Of a stretch of DNA of 64,000 bases, positions 10,453 to 18,536 are shown one piece after another. The stretch is taken from NCBI GenBank assembly GCA_963736005.1, contig CAVTNB010000003.1:160001-224000 (forward strand), given 5' to 3'. The DNA comes from an uncultured Pseudomonadota bacterium (GTDB lineage: Bacteria; Vulcanimicrobiota; Vulcanimicrobiia; Eremiobacterales; Eremiobacteraceae). A program made the translations under genes and the position numbers. Position 1 is the stretch's first letter; each line of letters opens with the position of its first letter. Under the pieces are notes generated by a model. The model was not told the DNA's origin. It saw nothing but the letters and a program-made list of their open reading frames with translations, and did no database searches.

Positions 10453-10959
10453 TTAAGCAATTCGGCGCACGCTCAACTCGACCCGTGCGCTGAATCCACG
10501 TGGCGAGCAGCGAGCGCACGACACGCGGTATCCGGGCCGGCGGCGGCGCACGATCTGCGCGCGACATCGCGGGCACACAAGCAAGTAGCGCCGGCTGCTG
10601 CGCTTTGCGGTTTGCACCGGCAAGAAGTGATAGATGCTCGAAAGCCCGACTTCCCGCATCTTTCGCTTGAAGAGCGCACCGTGTCCATTCGGCAGCCCGT
10701 GCTCGTGGAGCCACGCATGCACCATCTCATGCAGGAGGGTCGCTTCGAGATGATTGGGATGTTGGCGCAGCAGCGGTTCCGACAGCTCGATGATCCGGGC
10801 TCGGTACGCGATCCGACCCGCAACCGAGGTCAGCCTGCGATTAAAGAGAATGCGGTGCGAGCGCAGCACGCCGCCAAAATGTCGAGCGTTCAAGTGGGCG
10901 AAGAGGAGCTGGATATCGGCGGCCGACGGCAGCTCACGTTGCTCGCGAAGGCCAACCAT
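10453..10959 (-). CDS. SprT-like zinc metalloprotease with Zn-ribbon tail
   Basis: TLLHEMVHAW HExxH, HG..FK, C-terminal CPRC...CARC; start uncertain (10959 or 10971). Confidence 0.85.
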   Translation of the reverse strand: MVGLREQRELPSAADIQLLFAHLNARHFGGVLRSHRILFNRRLTSVAGRIAYRARIIELSEPLLRQHPNHLEATLLHEMVHAWLHEHGLPNGHGALFKRKMREVGLSSIYHFLPVQTAKRSSRRYLLVCPRCRAQIVRRRRPGYRVSCARCSPRGFSARVELSVRRIA

Positions 10960-11050
10960 TTGCACTGGCATTCGAGGCGCACTTCGGCCTGCCCGCGCGG
11001 TCCCCTTTGCACACAAGGTGCGCGCGGAAAGCGACGACAACTCACCTGTT

Positions 11051-11881
11051 ATGAAAGTCTACGTCTCTGCAGATATGGAAGGCGTCGCAGGCATCACTGC
11101 AGTCGAGCAAACCGATCCGACTGGTCAACCTGAGTACGCATATTCGTGCAAGCTTATGACTGCAGAAGTGCGCGCTGCCTGCGAGGGTGCTTCCGCCGGC
11201 GGCGCAACCGAGATCGTGGTCAACGATTCGCACTGGAACATGCGCAACGTCATTCACGAAGATTTGCCGCCGCCCGTTCGCTTGATTCGCGGGAGTCTCA
11301 AGCCCCTCTCAATGAATCAGGGCTTGGATCCATCGTTCGCGGCGGCCGCGTTTGTCGGATATCACGCACCCGCCGGCACCGCGGACGCAATCCTCGATCA
11401 CACATATTCTGGGTCCACGGCTTATGACGTGCGAATTAACGGCGAACATTGCAGCGAAGCTCGCGTCAACGCCGCGGTGGCTGGATGTTTTGGCGTCCCC
11501 GTCATCTTTCTCAGCGGTGACCAACAGGCGTGCGCGGATGCTCGTTCGTTCTTGCCCTGGATTGAAAGCGTTGAAGTGAAGCGCGCCATTGGCCGGTATG
11601 CTGCAAGCTCTCTATCACCCGAGGAAGCCCGCAAGGCGATTGCTGCCGGAATGCAACGTGCCGTGGCAAAATGCAGGGACAGCAAGCCGACGTCATATGC
11701 GTTTGCGAAGCCTGTGGTGCTCGAGTTGGTCTTGACCTCGACGGCAAAGGCTGACCTGGCGTCGCTGCTACCGGGCAGCGAGCGGATCGACGGCCGCACG
11801 GTGCGCTTTTGCCACGACGATTTCTTGACGGTGTTTCGGGCCTTCCGAGCCATGTTGGTGCTGGGAGGCTCGATAGATTAG
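11051..11881 (+). CDS. M55 family D-aminopeptidase (DppA-like)
   Basis: MKVYVSADMEG, NDSH, GYH, LDHT, SGD motifs. Confidence 0.92.
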   Translation: MKVYVSADMEGVAGITAVEQTDPTGQPEYAYSCKLMTAEVRAACEGASAGGATEIVVNDSHWNMRNVIHEDLPPPVRLIRGSLKPLSMNQGLDPSFAAAAFVGYHAPAGTADAILDHTYSGSTAYDVRINGEHCSEARVNAAVAGCFGVPVIFLSGDQQACADARSFLPWIESVEVKRAIGRYAASSLSPEEARKAIAAGMQRAVAKCRDSKPTSYAFAKPVVLELVLTSTAKADLASLLPGSERIDGRTVRFCHDDFLTVFRAFRAMLVLGGSID

Positions 11882-11977
11882 TCGTTCCACTACTGGGGTG
11901 TGCGAGGCCACAGGAGCGGATCTAAAGGTCCGCTGCCAGCTTTAGCCTGTAACGAATTTAGGGGCTGCTATATCCTA

Positions 11978-12084
11978 TGAGCGTGCCGGGCGCCGTAACA
12001 GCGGTCCCCCAACAGCGCGACGTCCGGCGGGTAACTCTGCAAGAATCAGGCCCGGTATGCTCACACCGGGCCTGATCATTTATT
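11978..12084 (+). ncRNA. Candidate structured RNA / attenuator-like element ending in an intrinsic terminator
   Basis: 14-bp stem 11978-11991/12050-12063 (two G-U pairs) competes with a perfect 12-bp hairpin 12045-12056/12065-12076; no ORF; TATCCT just upstream. Confidence 0.45.
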
Positions 12085-12086
12085 AT

Positions 12087-12144
12087 GTAGCAGCGCACCT
12101 TCAGGTGCGCTTGTCATCGAGCGGACCTAAAGGTCCGCTGCTAC
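12087..12144. repeat. Inverted REP doublet (family A)
   Basis: GTAGCAGCGCACCTTCAGGTGCGCT ... GAGCGGACCTAAAGGTCCGCTGCTAC; a degenerate copy also lies at 11914-11940. Confidence 0.85.
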
Positions 12145-13059
12145 ATGTCCGCGGCTACATTTTGTGCTGTCTCGGCGGTTGGTTCTGAAACCGGTTCTCC
12201 GTTTGTTCCGGCATGCGTTTCAGTGTCGGCAGACTCTTCCGCATGGAGCGGCTGCTCCGCTTTGGCTTCCGCCGCATCGGCCGGCTTAGGCGCAGTCTCC
12301 GCTGTGTGTTCTGTTCCTGGCGCTGGGGGCTGCCAATCGTAGTCCGCACCCGTTAGCCCGAACTGCTCGGGGTTGAGGCCAAGCTTGTGCATCCAATCAA
12401 GCGCGAGCAAGTAGTGACGCTTCGTGCGGTAGGCTAGCCAACGGCGACGCAATCCGTCATCTTCATCCACGGCCTCGCGAAAGCGGCGAAAGGCTCCCTT
12501 TCCGGAGATGGACGATCGCAATCGCCCAGCCACGTTGATGTCCTCCACCAAACTGATGAAATCGGACATGATGCCGTAGCGAGTCTCGGTCGTCACAGGG
12601 TTGATTTTTCGCAGATCGGGATTGGCCTGCGCCTCTGCGATGCGCGCGGTCTCTTGATCGCCTAAATTGTGCATGAAATGTTCGATAGCGCCCGTCTTGA
12701 TGTTGAAAAAAGCCACGCTGTCAACATCGCCACCGGTGAGAGCTGTGCCGAGCTCGTCCAGCAGCGGGCTTCTCTTCACTGGTCCAAGACGAACCTGCCG
12801 TGCTGGCTGGCGTGCATGGCCACCATGTGCTTGTTCTAAACCGAGTGCCCTGCGCAGCTCATGCTGGATCGAACGCCGGCAGGCCCAAATTGCTCAACCG
12901 CACGTGATGGCCGGCAAGCTCGATGAACAGATCTTCGAGTTTTCTTCGTCCTTGCGGATCGGTTGCGGCTTCCTGGGGTGAGATGCCGTCCAGGTCGGCG
13001 AGTGGTCTGCGGATCCATTCCGTCGTGACGTACGCTTCGTTGATACTTGACTCTGCCAT
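12141..13059 (-). pseudogene. MbcA/ParS-like N-terminal domain fused to a UPF0158 domain; one extra base at about 12862
   Basis: ORF 12859-13068 ends FDPA*, but the next frame continues ELRRALGL... and is in frame with ORF 12141-12779 (YGIMSDF, ISGKGAFRRFRE); may be a sequencing error. Confidence 0.65.
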
Positions 13060-13104
13060 TTGTATCACTCTCTCTCTTTGTGCCCTGTAGCGGTGCGCTG
13101 TTGG

Positions 13105-14508
13105 TCACACCGCGGCGTGTTGTTTGCGACCGATCCCTTCGGCAATTTGGACGACGTCGTCCTCGGTGAGACCGAGGCGGCGCATATTTTCGTAGTATTG
13201 CGCGACGATCTCGGAGACCCGTCCTGTTCTCGCTCTCTCTTCGCGAACCCGCTTGACCTCCTCTAAGACTTGCTTGCTCAGGTTGCCGTCGACCGTGATA
13301 CCGGCCTTGGCCAGTCGTCCCTCATTCTTTCGCAGGGTCGATTCGATCACCGACAGCCCGCTGTGCTTCCCAAAGACGAACTGCATATGCGCACCCACCA
13401 AAGCCGCGGGCACGGCCTCGTACATGCGCGGATCGATCAGCATGGCGTGGGTATGGATCCCCGATTCGTGCGAAAAGACGTTTGCGCCGATGATGGGCTC
13501 ATGCGCTTCGATCGGGAACCCGGAAACCGATTCCATGAACCGGGCCAACTCCTGAAGCTTGTTGTACTGAAAACCGGGGATGTCGACGTCATAGAGGACG
13601 CGCAATGCCGTGACGACTTGATGCAGCGGCACGTTGCCCGCACGTTCTCCGTAGCCATTGGCGGTCACCGTGAAGGCGCGGAAGCCGCACGCGAGCGACG
13701 TGATGCAATTGATCGTGCCGAGACCATAGTCGTTGTGGAAGTGGTTGAGCAGCGTGATGTCTTTGGGCATCGCCGAGACGATGCGCGTGCAGTACCAGCG
13801 CGTCGCCTCGGGCGTAAGGCAGCCGACGGTGTCGGGCCAAGACGGTCTCGTCCCGCCCGCTTCGATGCCCTTGCGGAAGAGTTCGATGAAATAATCGACG
13901 TCGCCGCGGCTGCCGTCTTCGCCGCCAAACTCCACATAGCGTCGACGCCTTTGCTGCGCGCATAGCGAATGGCGTCGCACTGCATGCGGATATTGGCCTG
14001 CCGATAAAACTCAAGCGGTAAATCCAGCCACTCGGATTCCGACTTGCCTTCGCGAGCCAAGCAGCGTCTTGCCGATCTTGTACTTCATGTGCAAATCGCT
14101 GCCGGACGTAAAAATGAAGAACGTGACGTCACTCGGTTGGACTTTGATCTCCTCAAGCGCGGTCAGCGTCGCGTCGATGTCCTTGGAATTACTGCGGCAC
14201 ATGACGACGACGTCGAGGTCGGCTCGGATCTCGCCCTTGCGCTTGCCCTGCATAATCAGTTGCAGCGAACGGCGCTCGTCTTCGGAAACGGCTGGAAATC
14301 CAACGTCCATGATGTGGACGCCGATATCAGACAACCGACGACAGATTTCGTACTTCTGCTCGGGTGTGTAGGCGATGCCGGGCATTTGCTCGCCGTCGCG
14401 CAGGGAGGTGTCGTAAATGCGCAATTCGGAGGCGGGCGGGAATTTAACCTCGCGCGTGAACTCTCGCGGATCGCGAATGAGCTTTTCGATCGGCTCGCGG
14501 AATTCCAC
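13105..14508 (-). pseudogene. LeuA/homocitrate-synthase (DRE-TIM) family Claisen condensing enzyme, with two frameshifts
   Basis: DTSLRDGEQ, EFGGEDGSR, PDTVG, HFHNDYGL, NGYGERAGN, FSHESGIH, FGKHSG spread over three ORFs; shifts near 14060 and 13940; AAGGAG RBS before GTG 14508. Confidence 0.8.
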
Positions 14509-14519
14509 GGTTACTCCTT

Positions 14520-14544
14520 AGCGGACCTAAAGGTCCGCTGCTAC
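14520..14544 (-). repeat. REP family A copy abutting the RBS of the downstream gene
   Basis: Minus strand GTAGCAGCGGACCTTTAGGTCCGCT immediately followed by AAGGAG. Confidence 0.85.
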
Positions 14545-14545
14545 A

Positions 14546-15046
14546 TTAAGGCTGGACGACTATTTCGCCACGCATCCCAGCAGAATAGTCAAAAAAGCAT
14601 CCGTAGAGATAGGTTCCAGGCTTCGTCGCGATGACAGGTGACGAATGCGCACCTGGCGCTAGATCTCCCGTGCTCCATGCCCCCGCGCCGATCTTGCCGC
14701 CTGCCTGCAGCGCATTGTCAGTCCATCGAGGGTTGTCCGGAAACGTCGTTTCCTCGGCAATGCCGGTCGCGGTGTGGTGTCGCGTGTCGGCGTTTTGGAA
14801 CACAATCGAATCTCCGACATGGATGACGACTCTACCGGGCGACACTCCCACAAACTGCCCTGCATCGATCTGCCCCACTTTCGCGTAGCGCGTGAGGCTT
14901 AAGGTGATGAAGTCGGTCTGCGCAGACTTAGCTGGAACGGCAAACACGAGCGCAATGCAGACGGCCCAAAGGGCGATGCCGCACAGAGCCGGGAGGCCCG
15001 TGGCGGAGCGGTTTGGGCGAGTAATCTGGGTCATAGTTGTAGCCAT
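14546..15046 (-). CDS. Secreted cupredoxin/plastocyanin-like protein
   Basis: Hydrophobic leader, VGDSIVFQNADTRHHTATG, KPGTYLYGCFFDYSAGMRGEIVV. Confidence 0.8.
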   Translation of the reverse strand: MATTMTQITRPNRSATGLPALCGIALWAVCIALVFAVPAKSAQTDFITLSLTRYAKVGQIDAGQFVGVSPGRVVIHVGDSIVFQNADTRHHTATGIAEETTFPDNPRWTDNALQAGGKIGAGAWSTGDLAPGAHSSPVIATKPGTYLYGCFFDYSAGMRGEIVVQP

Positions 15047-15243
15047 AGCATTGCCGTAACGGTAATAGTTGTCGGAATGTTCGCATCGCCCGGGGCGCAT
15101 ACCCGCAGCCCGCGCCACCTGGACGTGCGCCCGGCCACACTTTCGGCTTTCCCCGCAAAACGGTAACAGCAAGCTTTCGGACGAGGTCAAACAAGCGGAT
15201 AACTCTATCCTTGCGGGTGAGCAGCATTTTGAAGTTCGGGCGA

Positions 15244-16563
15244 ATGAGGCAAGCTTGGCGCCGTGTGACGGTCGACCTTCGTCGACCGACGACCTCTGAT
15301 GAGGGCGACAATGGCGAGATACCAGCCATGTGGCTCATGCTCGTGGCGATCGTTCCAGTGCTGTTGTGGTCTGCCGTCAACGCTCCACACGTTTCGCAAA
15401 CGTTTGCGAGCTTGCTCGCCGCTGCGGCGCTGCTGGAAATCGGCGCTCCCGATGCGGCAAGGTTTGGCCGGCGGATCATCGGCCCGGCATTTTGTATCGG
15501 CGTGGCCGGCTTCATTCTCTACGGCGCTCCTGTGGCAGTGCTTGTTGGCTGCGTGCGCGGCATCGTTCGCGCTGTCACGCGTCCTTCGACGCGGCTTGGC
15601 ACTGCGCAGGCGATCTGCTGGGCGATTCTTGCCCCACTCTTTGCAGCGCTGATCGCTTCGCTTGCGGCGAAGCATGCAACGCCTTTGTTTGGCGCCGCTG
15701 TGTTTGTCGTCGCGGCCTTTGGTCTCGAAGTCGGCGCTTCACTCCTGCGCTTTGCAGGTCCGGTGGGAACTGCGTCGGCAGATGGGTGGCGCGGCTTCTT
15801 CCCATGGTCGCCCCTCCAGTATGCGGCGTTTGGGCTCATCGGCTTTATGACCGCGGGAGAACTTTCTGCCGGCAGGCTCGGGGTGTTGCTCTTTTTGGCG
15901 GCCCCGTTCGCGATCGCGCGGGCCAGCCTCGGCGCGGCGGGTTGGGGCACCGAGCGCTACGTTGCGGCCCTCGAGCGCGAAAACGATTCGTTGCTCAATC
16001 GCATGGGGCAGTTCGATCGCGCAAACGGAGATTTGATCGAAGCGCTCGCGGTTGCCATTGACGAGCAAGATGGGCTTGAACGGGGCCACACCCGGCGTAT
16101 CTCGCAATTTGCCTCCCGCATGGGATCTGCACTCGGTATCAATGGCTGGAACCTTGAGATTCTGCGACGGGCGGCGCTGCTGCACGATGTAGGAATACTC
16201 GCGCTGCCGGCTGGCGAGCGCGGACCCGCGCACTGCGAACTTGGGTCGAGGCTGGTCGCCCGATGGCGAGACGGTCGCACGATTGCGCAAGTCATCGAAC
16301 AGCACCACGAACGGCCTGATGGCAGCGGATATCCGCGCGGACTGGTTGGAGATCAGATCGTGCTTGAGGCGAGAATCGTCGCCGTCGCCGAGGCGTTTGT
16401 ACGAATGACGGCCGGCCCGGCTGGGATGTCGACGCTTGACGCTCTCAACGAAATCACCGCACGAAAAGGTGCCGAGTTCGACCCGCAGGTGGTCGAAACG
16501 CTCGCCCAGGCAGTGGAGCTGCGGACAGCCGACGTGCTCCCAATGACCCGCCGCAACCGCTAA
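15244..16563 (+). CDS. Membrane-anchored HD-GYP phosphodiesterase
   Basis: N-terminal TM bundle; GHTRR, LLHDVG, HHERPDGSGYPRGL, FDP.VV; start uncertain. Confidence 0.85.
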   Translation: MRQAWRRVTVDLRRPTTSDEGDNGEIPAMWLMLVAIVPVLLWSAVNAPHVSQTFASLLAAAALLEIGAPDAARFGRRIIGPAFCIGVAGFILYGAPVAVLVGCVRGIVRAVTRPSTRLGTAQAICWAILAPLFAALIASLAAKHATPLFGAAVFVVAAFGLEVGASLLRFAGPVGTASADGWRGFFPWSPLQYAAFGLIGFMTAGELSAGRLGVLLFLAAPFAIARASLGAAGWGTERYVAALERENDSLLNRMGQFDRANGDLIEALAVAIDEQDGLERGHTRRISQFASRMGSALGINGWNLEILRRAALLHDVGILALPAGERGPAHCELGSRLVARWRDGRTIAQVIEQHHERPDGSGYPRGLVGDQIVLEARIVAVAEAFVRMTAGPAGMSTLDALNEITARKGAEFDPQVVETLAQAVELRTADVLPMTRRNR

Positions 16564-16576
16564 CCACGATCGAAAT

Positions 16577-16685
16577 GTAGCGTCGCGAAGTGTCGCGAAT
16601 TTATTCGCGACGTGTGTCCCATGTAGTGTCGCGAATTTATTCGCGACGTTGTGCTTGGCGAGCGGACCTGAAGGTCCGCTGCTAC
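16577..16685. repeat. Mixed REP cluster (family B copies plus one family A) between convergent genes
   Basis: GTGTCGCGAATTTATTCGCGAC at 16590 and GTAG-led copy at 16623; family A at 16660-16685 supplies the DUF309 stop. Confidence 0.85.
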
Positions 16686-17050
16686 ACGGGATCGAGGCGG
16701 GGGCGCGAGGCTATAATCGCCTGCGGATCAGCTGTCTCGAGTTGCGCGAGCACCTGTCGCGCGTAGCTGCCGAGCGCGGCTTGATCGATCGCGCAGGGAG
16801 CGTTCTCTTTGTCCTCGAGCCGTCCGATGGCTCGCTCCAGCGTCGTGCGAGCGCCTCTCTTGTTGCCTTTGCTTAGATGATGGAATGCAGCCGCAAGCTG
16901 AATAAGGCCTCGCAGGCCGCGGTCGCGCGTTGCAATCCAGCGTGGTTCCAATGTCTCGTGCGCATCAAAGAAATGCTCGCTGTTCCAACATTCGATAAAG
17001 CGCATGAGGTCGGTTGCAGCACTCTTCTGAGCGGAATTTTCCGAGGTCAC
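16682..17050 (-). CDS. DUF309 family protein
   Basis: WNSEHFFDAHETLE..W, GLIQLAAAFHH...GN..GA; GTGA overlap with the hemL stop. Confidence 0.85.
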   Translation of the reverse strand: MTSENSAQKSAATDLMRFIECWNSEHFFDAHETLEPRWIATRDRGLRGLIQLAAAFHHLSKGNKRGARTTLERAIGRLEDKENAPCAIDQAALGSYARQVLAQLETADPQAIIASRPRLDPV

Positions 17051-18339
17051 GATAACGCCCGTTCGGCTGCCGCCAATGTTGCCTCGACATCCGCTTCGCT
17101 GTGCGACGCGGTCAAAAACATCAATTCCATCTGCGATGGCGGCAAGAGGATCCCTCGGTCCAGCATAGCGTGGTAGTAGCGCGCATAGGCCTTCGCATCC
17201 GCTTCCTTTGCCTCGCGCAGGTTGCGATGCGGCATCCCCGTTTGGAACATGAAATCTACCATCGAGGCGCATTGCACGACTGGGTATCCGAGATCGAGCG
17301 ATTCAATAATTGTCTCGAGACCTGCAGCCAGACGCCGCGCTAGGTCCTCGAGCTTGACGAAAAACTTCTCATCCGAGTCGATAGCATCTAAAAATGCATG
17401 CGCCGCAGCGACGCACGTTGGGTTTCCCGAGAACGTACCGCCGACAAAGACCGGGCCTCCCGGCGCCAAAGCGGCCATGATATCCGCTGCTCCCCCAAAA
17501 GCCGCAATGGGGAGTCCACCTCCCAGCATCTTGCCGATGCAAGTCAAGTCGGGTCTGATCTGATACGCACCCTGCGCACCGCTTCGACCAAGACGAAAAC
17601 CCGTGATCACTTCGTCGAAGATCAGGAGGGCGCCGATTGCTTGAGTTCGGTCGCGCAACGCTTGCAGATAATCAGGGTCGGGCAAGCAAAGGCCCATGTT
17701 CGCGGCGACCGGCTCGACGATGACCGCGCCGACGTCGTTGGCATGCTCGCGCAAGGCGAGGTCGAGTGCGGGCAGGTTATTGTACGGCACAATGATGACA
17801 TCGTCGACGACTCCTTGCGTCACGCCGGACTCGAGCGTCGCTGAGGACAGCGACGAGGCGCCGGCGCCAAAGATCATCTCGTCGCTGTGTCCGTGGTAGC
17901 AACCCGCGAAGCGAACGATTTTTTCTCTCCGGGTGACCGATCGAGCGACCCGTATCGCGCTCATGCACGCTTCGGTGCCGGTTGACACGAAGCGAACCCG
18001 CTCAATTGAGGGAAAACGCGTGCAGATGCGCTCGGCCAAACGCACCTCTTCAGGATGGGTTGCGCCAAATACCGCACCCTTTCGAATCGCAGAATCTACC
18101 GCTCGCGCAATGCGGCGGTCTGCGTGGCCAAGCAGGACCGGGCCATAGGCACACAGGTAGTCGATGTATTCGCGCCCCTCTGCGTCGAAAACGTGCGCGC
18201 CCTTTCCCGAAGTGATAAACGGGGTTGGCTCTCCAACCGGCAAGCCTGCTCGCACAGGCGAGTCGACGCCGCCTGCGAGAGATTCTCTCGCTTTTGCAAA
18301 ATCATCTGCGTTGGTCCGACGAGGAATGATTTGCCGCAT
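17047..18339 (-). CDS. hemL: Glutamate-1-semialdehyde 2,1-aminomutase
   Basis: GGVDSPVRA, STGTEA, YHGHSD, EPVAANMG, FDEVITGFR, GKMLGGGLP, GTFSGNP. Confidence 0.93.
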   Translation of the reverse strand: MRQIIPRRTNADDFAKARESLAGGVDSPVRAGLPVGEPTPFITSGKGAHVFDAEGREYIDYLCAYGPVLLGHADRRIARAVDSAIRKGAVFGATHPEEVRLAERICTRFPSIERVRFVSTGTEACMSAIRVARSVTRREKIVRFAGCYHGHSDEMIFGAGASSLSSATLESGVTQGVVDDVIIVPYNNLPALDLALREHANDVGAVIVEPVAANMGLCLPDPDYLQALRDRTQAIGALLIFDEVITGFRLGRSGAQGAYQIRPDLTCIGKMLGGGLPIAAFGGAADIMAALAPGGPVFVGGTFSGNPTCVAAAHAFLDAIDSDEKFFVKLEDLARRLAAGLETIIESLDLGYPVVQCASMVDFMFQTGMPHRNLREAKEADAKAYARYYHAMLDRGILLPPSQMELMFLTASHSEADVEATLAAAERALS

Positions 18340-18392
18340 GATTGCATTGGGTAGTCCGCAACGGCTGAGGTGACCTTCTGCGCTCGTGACCA

Positions 18393-18519
18393 AGCGGACC
18401 TAAAGGTCCGCTGCTACATGGGCCGCGGGTCGTAGAACGAAAAGCGGAGGCGGCATCCGTGCCGCCTCCGCGTCTGTTTCGCCCGTTCGCCGTGAGCGGA
18501 CCTAAAGGTCCGCTGCTAC
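18393..18519 (-). repeat. Two direct REP family A copies flanking a terminator
   Basis: AGCGGACCTAAAGGTCCGCTGCTAC at 18393-18417 and 18495-18519. Confidence 0.85.
18440..18471 (-). terminator. Intrinsic terminator after pilin cassette 2
   Basis: GCGGAGGCGGCA-CGGA-TGCCGCCTCCGC-TTTT on minus strand. Confidence 0.8.
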
Positions 18520-18536
18520 ACTAGCGCCCCGGCGCT

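Noticed and set aside
10453..10959. SprT protease as part of a defence or toxin system
   Set aside because: The neighbours are ubiX and a peptidase; no defence-associated partner is visible
12041..12076. SRP RNA, suggested by TCAGGCCCGG
   Set aside because: It lacks the GNRA loop and the following AGCAG of SRP helix 8
14011..14013. In-frame TGA as selenocysteine or stop read-through in the LeuA-like gene
   Set aside because: The family-like sequence across this stretch is in a different frame, so the TGA is a by-product of two indels
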